This document shows positions 24,300 through 37,870 of a DNA stretch of 64,000 nucleotides, one piece after another; the first letter of the stretch is position 1, and the number at the start of each line of letters is the position of its first letter. A program made the position numbers and the translations under genes. Source of the DNA: Octopus sinensis (lineage: Eukaryota); assembly GCF_006345805.1 (NCBI RefSeq), contig NC_043017.1, forward strand, positions 23,498,001 to 23,562,000. Reading direction: 5' to 3'. The notes under the pieces are model-generated. The model searched no databases, was not told the origin of the DNA, and saw only the letters and a list, made by a program, of their open reading frames with translations.

Positions 24300-24600
24300 A
24301 CTTCTGTGTAGATGAAGCTTCTCTTCATTACTCCACATAGAGTCACCCTTCACATGTGACCTGGGTATCATGTCAAACCTAAACCATCTCTGTCAATATA
24401 CAAATTTCAAAAAACATCATCCTGTTGGGTGTTTGGGGGGAACATGACAGTCTTGTCTCCTTCAATGAAACAAAGACCCACTTTTTGTATTTACCAAAGA
24501 AGCCATCTTGTCCCTCAGCCTCTGTTGCTATGACAACATACAATTTAAAACCTTCAATGTCTCTACAGATTCTCAACTTCCAAATATCAGATGATAACTT
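24300..24600 (+). mobile_element. Decayed CR1-type RT fragment
   Basis: ..VDEASLHYST..WGEHDSLVSFNETKTHFLYL..LKPSMSLQILNFQISDD resembles the CR1 RT C-terminal part. Confidence 0.55.
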
Positions 24601-24894
24601 CCTGTCTCCCTCATCCATCCCCTGCACATGACATAACAGCAACTGCATCACAACGACTGCCTTTCTTCTTGTTGAGAACTTGAGAATATTTCATCTGTCT
24701 TAAACTCCTGATTACACTGATTAACTAAGGCCTACAGGGAAATAACTGCTTCTCCTGCTTCTATGACAAATGGAGCAGGGAATTTAGTCAAAGACTTTAT
24801 CAACAGTGGTTATATATATATATATGTATATATGTGAGTGTGTGTGTGTACATATATGTATATGCATGTATATATTTATGTATTTGTATGAATA

Positions 24895-25748
24895 TACAGA
24901 GTGTGGTGAATGTATTGTAATCTAAATTACACAAAAAGAAAATAACACTGAATTCTCATTTTAACAGATATATTTACAAAAATTACATAAAAATATCTTG
25001 AAATACTAAAGAGTAAATTTATTTAATAAAATCACCATTGGCTTCAACCACGGCCTCTAGACGACTTTGGAATCTCCTTCAACTCTTCTGGGTGGTCTCC
25101 TTGTTTAAGTTGGTGAATGCTGCCATAATCCTTGCCTTCAGTTCATCTTTGGTGTTACAAGTTCTGTTGGTCTCTTGCGCAACAACACCCCATACATAAT
25201 AATGAAGGGGTTGCAGTCGGGAGAGTTAGGTGGCCAGATGTTAGGGGTGATATGGTTGCAGAAATTGTTTAACAGCCACAACTGGGTTCTCTTGCTTGTG
25301 TGGCATGGTGCAGAGTCCTGCTGCCAGACATAGGGTCTTCCAGCAGCCACTCTTTTGACCCAGGACAGCACTACCTCTTCCAGGCCTCCGTGTTCAGTCT
25401 GAGGTCATATGGGAAGATGAATGGAGGCATAATGTCGCCGTTACTAGTGATCACTCCAAACACCATGATGTTGACTGGATGTTTGATTATCACTCTCGGT
25501 ACATGTCCTCGGATTGAACCCAAGCACTCTGAAATGTTCATATTGGAGCTTCCAACATGAATGCCATGCAGTACAGTATGTTGTTTCCAAATTTCTGGCA
25601 GAGTGAATTGTGTCATGGTGCTGTTCTTCTCACAGGCAGTGCCCAACTGACCCTACTATACTGTGTAGTCAACAATATCAAAAATAGACAATGCACTTGT
25701 GTAAAATTAAGAATATAAAATGGCAACAATTTACGCATTGCACCCTAT
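24895..25748 (-). mobile_element. Tc1/mariner (maT-like) internal-deletion derivative
   Basis: Transposase remnants KHPVNIMVFGVITSNGDIMPPFIFP, WQQDSAPCHTSKRTQ, WPPNSPDCNP; TA-flanked imperfect TIRs. Confidence 0.85.
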
Positions 25749-25964
25749 ATATGTATGCACATATAAACGTGTGTATGTATGTGTGTGCGTTTGGTGACCG
25801 GAAAGGTATCAAGCTATAGAAAATCTGTGTCAACAAGTCCAGTCTGAACCATTCATGCATGAAAAAGTGAATGTTAAAATGATGATGATGATGATATATT
25901 TATTCATTATTTATTTGTTTGTTTGATTTTTGCTTTGCCTCATAATCTTATTCATGTGATTTTT

Positions 25965-26390
25965 ATCTGTGTCTACACACACTCACACACACACACATGC
26001 ATGCATGTATGTATGTGTTTGTGTATGCATGTATGTATGTATATGTGTGTATGTATGTATGGGTGTGTATGCATGTATGTATGTGCATGTTTGTATGTAT
26101 GCATGTGTGTGTATATGTATGTGTATGTATGTATGTATGTATATGTGTGTATGTATGTATGTATGTATGTGTGTGTATGTGTATGTATGTATATATGTAT
26201 GTATGTATATGTGTGTATGTATGTATGCATGTATGTGTGTGTGTGTGTGCATGTATGTATGTATGCATGTATGTGCATGTTTGTATGTATGTGTGTATGC
26301 ATGTTTGTATGTATGTTTGTGTGTGCATGTATGTATGTATATGTGTGTATGTATGTATGTGTGTGTGTGTGTGTGTATGCATCTATGTAT
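25965..26390. repeat. Compound (GTAT)n/(GT)n microsatellite
   Basis: Direct inspection; source of the spurious HT/CV-rich ORFs. Confidence 0.95.
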
Positions 26391-26898
26391 GATTCAATTA
26401 TAAACAGCATTGTATCATAAAAGCCAAGTTTGCATGTCTCAATAAATTTTCTTTCTTGAATATCCTTCACCATAAATCCCGCTCAACAAAAACATTAATT
26501 AATGAAACATATTACGACATTTAAACTAAAAGGATTATTAAAAGCAATCATTCTGTTTTATAATTTCACATTTACTACTGTGCTGTTGTTATTGTTATCA
26601 AACTATAATTGACTTATCTCCACAGCTCTGTATTCAAAGCCATATTTATCAGCGACACAAAAATGACAATTTCTAGGAAGATTGTTGCTGGGTTAATTGA
26701 TGTCAATACTTAACTAGGAATTATTTTGTTGGTGATGATGTGTGATGGGAATTAGGACTTTGAACAACAGTGTCGTCGTCATCATCATCATTTCATGTCC
26801 TGTTTTCTTTACTGACATGCATTGAGCAAGTCAGCATGAATTGACAAACCAGAGGGCGGCACCAAGCTCCAATGTCTGTCTTGGCATGGCTTCTACAG

Positions 26899-27120
26899 CT
26901 GGCAGAAGCGTTAGCACGCCGGGCGAAATGCTTAGCGGTATTTCGTCTGCCGTTACGTTCTGAGTTCAAATTCCGCTGAGGTCGACTTTGCCTTTCATCC
27001 TTTCGGGGTCGATAAAGTAAGTACCAGTTACGCACTGGGGTCGATGTAATCGACTTAATACCTATGTCTGTCCTTGTTTGTCCCCTCTGTGTTTAGCCCC
27101 TTGTAGGTAATAAAGAAATA
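26899..27120 (+). mobile_element. SINE family B nested in a family-C element
   Basis: 15-bp duplication GGCTTCTACAGCTGG at 26888-26902 and 27121-27135. Confidence 0.88.
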
Positions 27121-27329
27121 GGCTTCTACAGCTGGATGCCCTGCCTGCTGCCAACCACTTTACAGAGTCTACGGAGTTTTTTCATGCGAGACCTAGCACT
27201 GGTGAAGTGACCACGTACTTGCAATACACGATCCCTCCTCTGGGTGGGTTATAGCACAGAAGGAAGGATATGAAAGCATGTTACATGTTACCACATTTGT
27301 TTGCAAGTGGGTAACCCTCTGTTTTAAAC

Positions 27330-27725
27330 TTCCGGGTTCATAGGATTATGCTCAAGGTGGCTTCGTCATTCATACGTGCCATCCTTGCTACATTCACCCA
27401 TCTTTTTTTAAAACATTCGCTAGACAAAACTTGCCTCTCTACTCTCACTTTCCTTTTCAAGTGATACTTGAAGGAGTTGATGAGAGATTGACCAGAGAAG
27501 AAAGTGTTTGTCTCCAATCCTTTCAGACACGTCCACCAGATACATTCTTTCGCCATAGCCACAAGGATGATGAAAATAGCTCTTCCTTCCCGTTTGAATG
27601 GTAGAATACCTGCTATGTTTACAGGTGTGGGTTCCTGCCCTAAAGCCAGCCTTTGATTTTTTTCTACTCCAAAAGTTTTTTTAACCCAATATTTACTCAC
27701 TATTATTAGCTTTGCTCCTTTCAAG
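27330..27725 (-). mobile_element. L1/Tx1-like LINE 3' fragment
   Basis: VAMAKECIWWTCLKG..FKYHLKRKVRVERQVLSSECFKKRWVNVA; homologous eroded copy at ~13100-13340 (+): LKWKMRVEREVLTSSKF. Confidence 0.6.
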
Positions 27726-28449
27726 ATCCACTGTTCCTAACAAAAAAAAATTATTTCATATTTTTGATGTGTGTGTGTCTTTGTGCTTTTGTTTGTCATC
27801 TTCCCATCCCACTGCCTAACACCTAGTGTTGGTTTGTTTATGTCCCCATAACTTAACAGTTCAGAAAAGAGGCCATTAAAATGACTACTAGACTTAATAA
27901 TAATAATGTAAGCGCTGGAGTTGATTTGTTTAACCAAAACCCTTCAAAGAAGTGCCCCAGCCTGGCCACAGTCCAGTGAGTGAAACAAATAAAAGATGAA
28001 AAGTAAAACATCTAAAACATCCATTTCTGTCGACAGATGTTGATCTTCAAGGCAGTTTTGACCAAGAGATCCTGTAATCTAAGGCATTCCAGCAGTGACC
28101 ACCCAGATCTTTCTCAAGGTGATTGTGTATCTAGGATTACATTTTCCAATATCCAATGTCTTTCCCATTTGAAGATGGTAGGATTCAGTTTGAAGTAGAT
28201 TTGGCTGCTATTTCAAGCAAATCTAATGAACACATAAAGACATTTCAGCCATCCTATTGTATATCAACAACTATATTATCTAATGTGTCCTTCAAATTTT
28301 TAAAACGTAGTAGGAAACAATTTGAAATAAACTTGACCCCTATTTCTAGCAAATCTACAGTTTCTCTTTTCCTCTTCCATTATTTGTCACCATTTTTACC
28401 CTCCCCTTCTCTCTCTCTTGCTCTCTCTCTCTCTCTCACACATATTTAC

Positions 28450-28538
28450 ACACTCACTATCTCTCTATCTCTCTCTATCTATCTATCTATCTATCTATAT
28501 ATCTATCAATCTGTCTATCTATCTATCTATCTATCTAC

Positions 28539-28593
<55 letters not shown>

Positions 28594-28609
28594 ATGATCT
28601 ATCTATCTA

Positions 28610-28669
<60 letters not shown>

Positions 28670-28697
28670 ATGATCTATCTATCTATCTATCTGTCTG

Positions 28698-28765
<68 letters not shown>

Positions 28766-28800
28766 ATGATCTATCTGTTTATCTATCTATCTAACTAACT
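28450..28800. repeat. (ATCT)n microsatellite
   Basis: Direct inspection. Confidence 0.95.
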
Positions 28801-29001
28801 ACTTATCTATTTATATCTATCAATCAATCAATCAATTAATTAATCAGTCAGTCAATCAATCCATTCATTCATTCTTCATTACATACTGTCTGTATATTTA
28901 GAACCATCAGAAAGCATCTCTCTCTGATAAAAGACATTACCAGGAACATTAAATTCCTCTTTCTCTTCATCGCTATAAACCAATTTATTTCCTCTCATCA
29001 A

Positions 29002-29036
<35 letters not shown>

Positions 29037-29349
29037 AGACACAGACACATCTTTTATTAAATGATAATGATGATGATAATGATTATATATACACACATTA
29101 GCTACGAGAGAACACAAGATTTCACCAGTTTTATTAAATTTAGACTGTTAGAATCTCTTCAACAGTTTTGTCATCATACTTGAAAAGTCGTTATTATTTA
29201 TTAATGGTTTCCACTCTGTTGAGATTTTGAGTTGGGAAATTAAACGAGAATGATTTCATTATCTTTCGTATTGTTCGTTATGCTTTTGTATGTCTGTATT
29301 TGAAAAACACTCTAAGGTGAAAAGTCTCTTGTTTGATGTTGTTCTTTCT

Positions 29350-30000
29350 GTACACGTGTGTATGTGTGTAATGTATGTGTATGTATGTAGGTATGTGTGT
29401 ATATGTGTGCATGTATATGTATGTGTGCTTGCTTGTCTGTTTGTATGTATGTGTATATTATGTGTCTGTATATACATGTGTGTATATGTATGTGTATGAA
29501 TGTATGTGTGTATTATGTGTCTGTATATGTATATACATGTGTGTGTGTATATGCATGTGTATGAATGTATGTGTGTATTATGTGTCTGTATATGTATATA
29601 CATGTGTGTATATGTATGTTTTTGTATGTATGTGTGTATTATGTGTCTGTATATGTATATACATGTGTGTGTATATATATGTGTATGAATGTATGTATGT
29701 TTGCATGTACATGTCTGTGCATACATGCATGTGTATGTACGTGGATGTATATGTATGTGTGTATGCATGTGTGCATATGTATATATATATATGTGTGAGT
29801 GCATGTGTATTCATGTATGTATGTATGTATATATGCATGCATGTAAGTAGGTTGGTAGATAGATTGGTAGGTTGGTAGGCAGGCAGGCAGGCAAATAGGC
29901 AGGTAGGCACGAAGATAGCCATACATGTGTATATGTATGTATATATGCAAATATGTGTATGTGTTTATGTGTATGTGTGCACGTGAGTATGTATTACATG
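29350..30000. repeat. Compound (GT/AT)n low-complexity tract with higher-order repeats
   Basis: GTATTATGTGTCTGTATATGTATATACATGTGTG recurs several times. Confidence 0.9.
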
Positions 30001-31871
30001 AATGTAAATGGTAGGAAATCAGATGTCAAGCGACATACAAACCAGTAAGAACTATCGAATGAATGCTTAGGTTGAATCCGTGTTCAAACACCAACGTTAA
30101 GTGCAGGGATGTGAGATCTGCTTAAATAGGGATTGGCCAGAGGCAATCCATCAGGTGATTTGGTGTAAGGATAATGGAAGACAAGCTACCTGTTTCTTGC
30201 ATTTGCACTATGTATATATGTATGTATGCATGCACATGTGTGTATGTATGTATATGTGTATGTGTGTATGTGTATATGAGTGTGTATCTGTGTGTGTATG
30301 TGTGTGTATGTATCATGCATGTGTTTTTGCTTGTGTATTTATAACCAGCGTTTCTAACCCTTGCATCTCACACAAATTTGATTGTAATATTGAGCAAGTA
30401 AGTACTGAATTGGTCCAAAAACATACATAGAGATAATCATGAATAGATGCACACACATGACCAAATGCACATGCACACACACACACACACACACACGCAT
30501 AGTTCTAATTAATTTTTTTCATATCCAGCTTTTATCTTTTCGCCTTAAAAAAATGGGTTAAGATGAAGTTGAAGTGTGTAGTTCTCTTTTCTCGGTTTTT
30601 TTTTCTCCTGCTGGGTTTATCAGTGACTGTTAAATTTAAACCACTGATGTACCAGCAGATATATGACTTACAGAGAGAAGAGAGGTGGGGATAGAGGAAG
30701 GGAAAGACAGAGAGAAAGAAGTGAGAGAGGGTAAGAGGAGAAAGGAGGAGAGGATGAGAGGGGGAGATGAGAGAGGAAACAGGTGAGAGAGAGAGAGAGG
30801 GAAAAGAGAGTGAAGGAGAGAAAGATACAACGTGATAATGAGGACAGATAAAACAAAAGGTAGATAGATTGTAGATGTATCAATAAAGATCAAAGCAAAT
30901 AGATTCTATCGGTCACTGAGTACTTCAGGAGAATTCCATGCAGGAGATGTCTTTTTTTTTTCCTTCTTTCAAGCTTCCATTTATGAATGAAAGAATTCCA
31001 ATCAATAACATTATTTATAGAATTTAAAGTATTGACTGTCAAATGCAGTTAAGCGCATGATTAAATATTGTCCTGATATACCACAGTAATTGCCAAATGT
31101 CAGACTCCCCCATCCTCACCTCACTTTTGCATGTTTCCATTCAAATTTTAATTAATTTTTAATTAATTAAAATTTCAATGTTTTTTTTTTCTCCTGTATT
31201 TCTTGACTCGACTGGCCTCCGTGCCGGTGGCACGTAAAAAGCACCATCCGATCGTGGCCATTACCAGCCTCGCCTGGTACCTGTGCCGGTGGCACGTAAA
31301 GAGCATCCACTACACTCACGGAGTGGTTGGCGTTAGGAAGGGCATCCAGCTGTAGAAACACTGTCACAGTCCTAATCAAATCATCAGTACAGTAGTTGAT
31401 TCAGGGGCTCAAATTGCAAAAGAGCAAAATAAAAGGCTTCCAGTTTATGGCCCCTTTTAGGAGCTCTTCATGATTAGTATTTTCTTGGTTATTCTCAACC
31501 AATCAGATCACTTCCTTATGACATGAACCCTAGTCATAGCCAGACCATTGGAGTCTACTGACAATTATAAAACCATAGGCATTTTGTGGGCAGCCTGAAT
31601 GTTCAGGCAGATCCATGTTGTGTGGATTTCTTTCACAACCATCCTCAGTAGACCACAAATAACCCAGTTTTGTAGACAGATGCGCATAAAATTTCATAAA
31701 AGCCATCCAATATCTACATGAGCTCCTGTCACTCACAACTGACACTTTCGTACACACATGCATGAATATTTATATATACTGATACACACACATACATTAT
31801 AAAAGAAATTTATACTTTGATGCTTATTTACACTCACACATTAACATATATATTTAATTCATACACATACA

Positions 31872-32264
31872 GGCGCAGGAGTGGCTGTGTGGTAAGTAGC
31901 TTGCTTACCAACCACATGGTTCCGGGTTCAGTCCCACTGCGTGGCACCTTGGGCAAGTGTCTTCTACTATAGCCTCGGGCCGACCAAAGCCTTGTGAGTG
32001 GATTTGGTAGACGGAAACTGAAAGAAGCCCGTCGTATATATGTATATATATGTGTGCGTGTATGTTTGTGTTTCTGTGTTTGTCCCCCTAGCATTGTTTG
32101 ACAACCGATGCTGGTGTGTTTATGTCCCTGTTACTTAGCGGTTCGGCAAAAGAGACCGATAGAATAAGTACTGGGCTTCCAAAGAATAAGTCCCGGGGTT
32201 GAGTTGCTCGACTAAAGGCGGTGCTCCAGCATGGCCGCAGTCAACTGACTGAAACAAGTGAAAG
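31872..32264 (+). mobile_element. SINE family A
   Basis: Full-length, well-preserved copy. Confidence 0.9.
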
Positions 32265-32749
32265 ACATATTATGGAGAGAATTTGTTTTGATGCTTATTA
32301 ACACTTACACACACATGCATACATGCACACACATAAACAACACATACACACACAAACAACACATACACACACATACACACACATACAACATATACATGCA
32401 TGACAAGATGTACAAATTTTTATGGTTGCGTAAGTTATTTGAAATATTGTCTAGAAATTCTCGTCAGTTATTTCAAATTAATTTTCTCATGCATAATTTT
32501 TTAAGAAAAAGCTGTCACATAATGAACATATAAAAAATGTCTCATTTGGACATTTTTCCACTGAATAATTTACTAAAAATTATTAATTTCTGTTAATTTA
32601 ATTACAACTCAGTCATTTCATAGTCATCCATTTTATGGTTATTACAGCATTGCACTCTGTACTCTTATTTTGAAACTGTGTCTTGATGCTGTGCTAGATT
32701 TATGAATTTCTTGTACTGTTTAGCTCCATTGTAATCAACATAGTGTTTA

Positions 32750-32995
32750 TATCATCATCATCGTCTAACGTCCGTTCCCCATGCTAGCATGGGTTGGACG
32801 GTTCGACCGGGGATCTGGGAAGCCAGAAGGCTGCACCAGGCTCCAGTCTGATCTGGCAGTGTTTCTACAGCTGGATGCCCTTCCTAACACCAACCACTCC
32901 GTGAGTGTAGTAGGTGCTTTTTACTTGCCAGGCGAGGCTGGCAACGGCCACAATCGGATTGGTGCTTTTTACATGCCACCGGCACGGAAGCCACT
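32750..32995 (-). mobile_element. Family C retroposon
   Basis: Same family. Confidence 0.85.
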
Positions 32996-33624
32996 AATTG
33001 TGGATACATGACTTATTCTCACTGTCATCTCTCCTCTATCTCCAGGACTACCACCATCATCATTATGGGTAGAGATACGTGAGAGAATGGCATTTCTCTT
33101 CTTTTTTCATAGTGGTGGGAAGAGGAAGTTTATATACAGGTTCTTTCTTGATGTCTCCGAAAATGACCAGGTTAGCAGTGTTACTCTTTGTAGGTCCTGT
33201 GGTGGAACATTGGACCAATAACTTCTAAATATGTGAAGCTGTACAAACTTGCACAAGATTTTAAAGGAGAGGGAAAATTGTGCAGCTACCACTTTATCCT
33301 CTTTTCCCGCTGTTCAGTGACAAGACAGGAAGAAGACAACTAAGAAGTACTGGATGTAGGAGTTGCCAGAATGAGACTTGACTCCTTATTTTTTATGAGG
33401 GTTGACTCCCTTAGCCTATGCTTTAAGCATAATCTGTTAGGCAGCAGATGAGTTTGCCTGTGCCTGAAGCTTTTTAAAGTGAGGAAAGTCCTTGCACAGA
33501 ACCAACCCCACTCTCTGAACAACATATGTATTTGCCTAATAAAAAGAACTATTCTACATTATTGGATGCAAACAAAGTCACATATGTTACATTAGAGTTT
33601 TCCTTGCCTGAAAGAGATGTTTAA

Positions 33625-33847
33625 CCCTTTCAATACTAAACCCAGCTGAAACCACCTCTGTCTCTGTTGTACAAATGACTTGTTTTCATAAGTTTTGAAT
33701 TAAAATTTTTCACCAAACCTTAGTCACAATTTATGTTCCTAACACTAGTTTAATTATAACTAAGTTATTTTACTAAATTCTTTGTTATATTTAAAATTGA
33801 TTGAAAGAAGCACAAAGCATCTCAACAGAAATATGGTAATGAAAGGG
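33625..33847. mobile_element. piggyBac-type MITE, second family
   Basis: TTAA|CCCTTTTCAATAC ... GTAATGAAAGGG|CTAA. Confidence 0.65.
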
Positions 33848-34219
33848 CTAAATAGTGACCATGGGTCTCTTGCTCTTGCCTGTTGGATGGGCATTATATT
33901 ATAAGGGTGGAAAGCTGGCAGAACCATTAGCACACTGGACGAAATGCTTAGCTGTGTTTCATCCGTCTTTACGTCCTTGAGTTCAAGTTCTATTGAGGTT
34001 CACTTTGCTTTTTATCCTTTTGAGGTCAGTGAAATAAGTATTAGTCAAGTATTGAGGTTGATATAATCAATTTGTTGTTTCCCTCAAAGTCTCAAGCCTT
34101 GAGCCAATAATAGAAGGGACATTTGATATCATGACCAACATTTTAGAAAAAGGAAATATCATATGTTATATTGTTTTTTGCCTCCCTGCTCATCACCTGT
34201 TCATTTATCTGTTATTTAT

Positions 34220-34700
34220 CATCATCATCATCATTGTTTAACATCCGTTTTCCATGCTAGCATGGGTTGGACGGTTCGACCGGGTATCTGGGAAGCCAGA
34301 AGGCTGCACCAGGCTCCAGTCTGATCTGGCAGTGTTTCTACAGCTGGATGCCCTTCCTAACGCCAACCACTGGGAGAGTGTAGTGGGTGCTTTTTACATG
34401 CCACCGGCACAGGTGCCAGGCGAGGTTCGCAACGGCCACAATCGGATTGGTGCTTTTTACGTGCCACCAGCACAGAAACCAGTCAAGGCGGCGCTGGCAT
34501 CGGCCACGTTCGGATGGTGCTTTTTACGTGCCACCGGCATGGAAGCCAGTTGGGGCAGCGCTGGCAACAGCCACGTTCGGACGGTTCTCTTATGTGCCAC
34601 CGGCACTGGTATCACAGCTACAATTTCCATTGATGTTGATCGATTTTGATTTTGATTTTCACTTGCCTCAACAGGTCTTCACAAGTAGAGTTTTGTGCGT
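34220..34700 (-). mobile_element. Family C retroposon with several tandem ~60-bp internal units
   Basis: Repeated GGTGCTTTTTAC(G/A)TGCCACC(G/A)GCA blocks; empty paralogous site at ~35825. Confidence 0.85.
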
Positions 34701-34929
34701 TATTTATATATTTAATATCCCATTTTGTGCTCAATAGCATTGTTGGTAACAGGTTTCCAATGAACACTGTTATTGTTTATACAGTTTCCAATGAACTACT
34801 TAAGGGTTCACTTCATTTCTGATTGTGACATTGACAAAGCAAGTGCCACCTGTTGTTTTAGTTCCAGTCAATGGTGGAGCTCAGGTTTTCAGTTGTTTGA
34901 ATTACCTGCCCCTGAATTAACATCCAAAT

Positions 34930-35203
34930 CAGTGGTTCCCAAAGTGGGCAGCATTGACCCCTGGGGACAGTGGAAAGCTCCAAGGGGGCATTGAAGAAAA
35001 CTGCGGTGATAATGGGGTAGGGATTCATGTAAAAAGAACAAAATAATAGATCCGTTAGTTTTAGTTTTATTTGTCAAATACAGTTGCTTTGAATTTGCTT
35101 CAGAAAGGGGTCTCTGTTTCTGATGGTTAGTTAGGGGTGGGCTGCTAGGAATATGGCCTAAGTGTCAAGAGGGCAGCAGCCTGAAAAACTTTGGGAGCCA
35201 TTG
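34930..35203. mobile_element. hAT-type MITE
   Basis: CAGTGGTTCCCAAAGT / ACTTTGGGAGCCATTG TIRs; 8-bp TSD ATCCAAAT/ATCTAAAT. Confidence 0.8.
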
Positions 35204-35400
35204 ATCTAAATGAATGAACATTCAACAGTCCCATTTGTATCCTTTATGTCAATTCACAGGCAGAATCAGCTTGATTCTCTGACAAGGCTTTACCTTTTAA
35301 ATTTCTCATAGTTGTTCCCCTCAAAGTTCAAGCCTTGAGCCAATAACAGAAGGGACATTTGATATTATGACCAACATTTTAGAAAAAGGAAATATCATCT

Positions 35401-35762
35401 AATAAATCTTAGAGCGAGTTATAAACAGTAGCTACAACACATCGTGACGTCTATTTGCCATTTAAATATGGCTAACCCCTAAGGGTGGATGCAACTGTAG
35501 TTTGCAGCCCCAGGAGGACACCTCCTCTAGCTGGCTATAGACACACTTTCTGTGCCCTATCAGTATTTGCAAAGGGAAGTCATTGCTCAGTCTATTGCCA
35601 ATGGCACTGGAGACGGGAAGGATGGCTTCCCTTTGCAAATACTGATAGGACACAGAAAGTGTGTCTATAGCCAGCTGGAGGAGGTGTCCTCCTGGGGCTG
35701 CAAACTACAATAGCATCCACCCTTAGGGGTTAGCCATATTTAAATGGCAAATAGATGTCACA
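35401..35762. mobile_element. Foldback (palindromic) insertion with 11-bp TSD
   Basis: 140-bp arms at 35444-35583 and 35622-35761 with about 6 mismatches; TSD AAATATCATCT at 35390-35400 and 35763-35773; empty paralogous site at ~34154. Confidence 0.8.
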
Positions 35763-36829
35763 AAATATCATCTGTTATATTGTTTTTTGCCTCCTTGCTC
35801 ACCACCTGTTCATTTATCTGTTATTCATTATTTATATATTTAATATCCCATTGTGTACACAATAACATTGTTGGTAACAGGTTTCCAATGAACTACTTAT
35901 GATGGATTTCTGTATGGTTTCTATACGGTTTCCATCTATCCAATCTCACTCATAAGGTACAAGTTGAAGTTTACTTATGAAGTTGCTGTTTGACCCCCAA
36001 AATAAGTCCTGATCAAGCAGAACAAAGATCAAAAGCATTTCAACCATAGCTGTTCTTCTAAGGATTATATCACTTAATATGTTCTTTCTTTTAAGACAAT
36101 AAGGTGTGATTTAAGAGAGAGAAATTCGGCTGCTATTTCTAAAATAAGTACCAGTTGAATATTGGAGTTGATGCATTTGACTTACACCTTCCCTGAAATT
36201 GCTGGCCTTGTGCAAAAATTTGAAATCCTCCTCCTCCTCATCATCATCATTATTATTGTTGTCGTTGTTATTATGGTGGCGACCCGGCAGAGTTGTTAAC
36301 ATGCCAGACAAAATGCTTGGTGGTATTTCACCCGACTTTACGTTCTGAGTTCAAATCCCACCTAGGTCAATTTTGCCTTTTCTCCTTTTGGGGTCGATAA
36401 ATCAAGTACTTAGCCCAAATTTTAGGCCTTGTGCCTATAGTAGAAAGGATTATTATTATTATTATTATAGATGCAAGCTTAGCTATGTGGTTAACAAGCT
36501 TGCTTTCCTACTACATGGATTTGGGTTCAATTCCACTGCACAGCACTTTGGGCGAGTCATCTTCTACTTGTCCCAGATTAACTGATGCCTTGTGAGTGAA
36601 TTTGATAGATATAAACTGTGTGGAAGCCCATATCTTTTATCATTTACTTGTTTCAGTCATTGGACTGCGGTCATGCTGGAGTACTGCTTTGAAGGGTTTT
36701 AGTCAAACAAATCAACCCCGGTGCTTTTTTTTTTTGCTTTCTTTAAATCTGGTATCTATTCTATCAGTCTCTTGCTCAACGACCGTATCACAAGAACAAG
36801 TACAAATCAGCATTTGGGTGGGGTGGGGG

Positions 36830-36950
<121 letters not shown>

Positions 36951-37870
36951 GCGTATATGTGTGTGCTTGTGTATCTGTGTGCTGTTTTGCATCTGTGTGC
37001 ATGTGGGTCTTTGCGTTTACATTTGTCTCCACTTGCTATCCGGTGTTGGTTTGTTTACATCCCTGTGACTTAGCAGTTCAACCAATAGAGCAAGTTGCCA
37101 GACTTAAAAATAAGCACCGGGATCAATTTCTTCAACTGAAATCCCTCCAAAGTGATGCCCCAGCATGGTCACAGTACACTGACTGACTGACAGATAAGCA
37201 ACAGAAAACAGCTTAAATACAATTAGTGTTTGAATATTGATTTTGGGTTTTCTGAAGTTGACAGGTGACATAAGGTATTATGTGACATGAAGAGAAATAG
37301 GTTGAGTGTCAAACAATTTCAAGTACAGTTCACAGTTACCAGGCGAGTTTTGTTGCCATGTAAACAAACACCCTTGACTACACCAACAACAATAAGAACA
37401 AAACCTTGCCCAGCTGACGTTTTTGCTTTTGTTGTTTTTTTTATTTATTTATTTATATTTTTTAAATGTTCAGCCAGAGAGACAAGCACTGTGCCCTTGA
37501 CATCCATGATCCCTTACTTTATTTCTTGATCTCCAAAACTGGTGGGAGAGGAGAAGGAAGGTGCAGTGAAACCAGTGAGCACCTGGTCAGGATATTTGTT
37601 AGAGAGTGAACTCTCCCTAAAGTCTCCCGTCCCAGAACTCAGAATCCAGAGGGATGGAACAGAAATACCACAAGACATCAGGATGTTCTCTCAGTTCTAC
37701 TGATTTATCACCTCTGGATTGGTACTTTAGTTTGTTGACCATGAAACAATGAAACACAAAGTTGATCTTGCCAAGATTTGAATTCAGAACATGGAGAATG
37801 AGAGCAGAAACTTTGAAATATTTTGTTCAGTGTTCTAACAACTCTACCAGTTTGTAACTAACTTACAGCT

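Noticed and set aside
25923-26473. Long overlapping ORFs rich in H/T/Y/I or C/V/M (also at 28156, 29259-30430, 36596, 48592, 52039, 55289 and 57234-60317)
   Set aside because: They are translations of microsatellites, which lack stop codons in several frames.
33000-33540. Possible plus-strand micro-exons or retroelement coding remnant
   Set aside because: Multiple stops and no assignable family; insufficient support.
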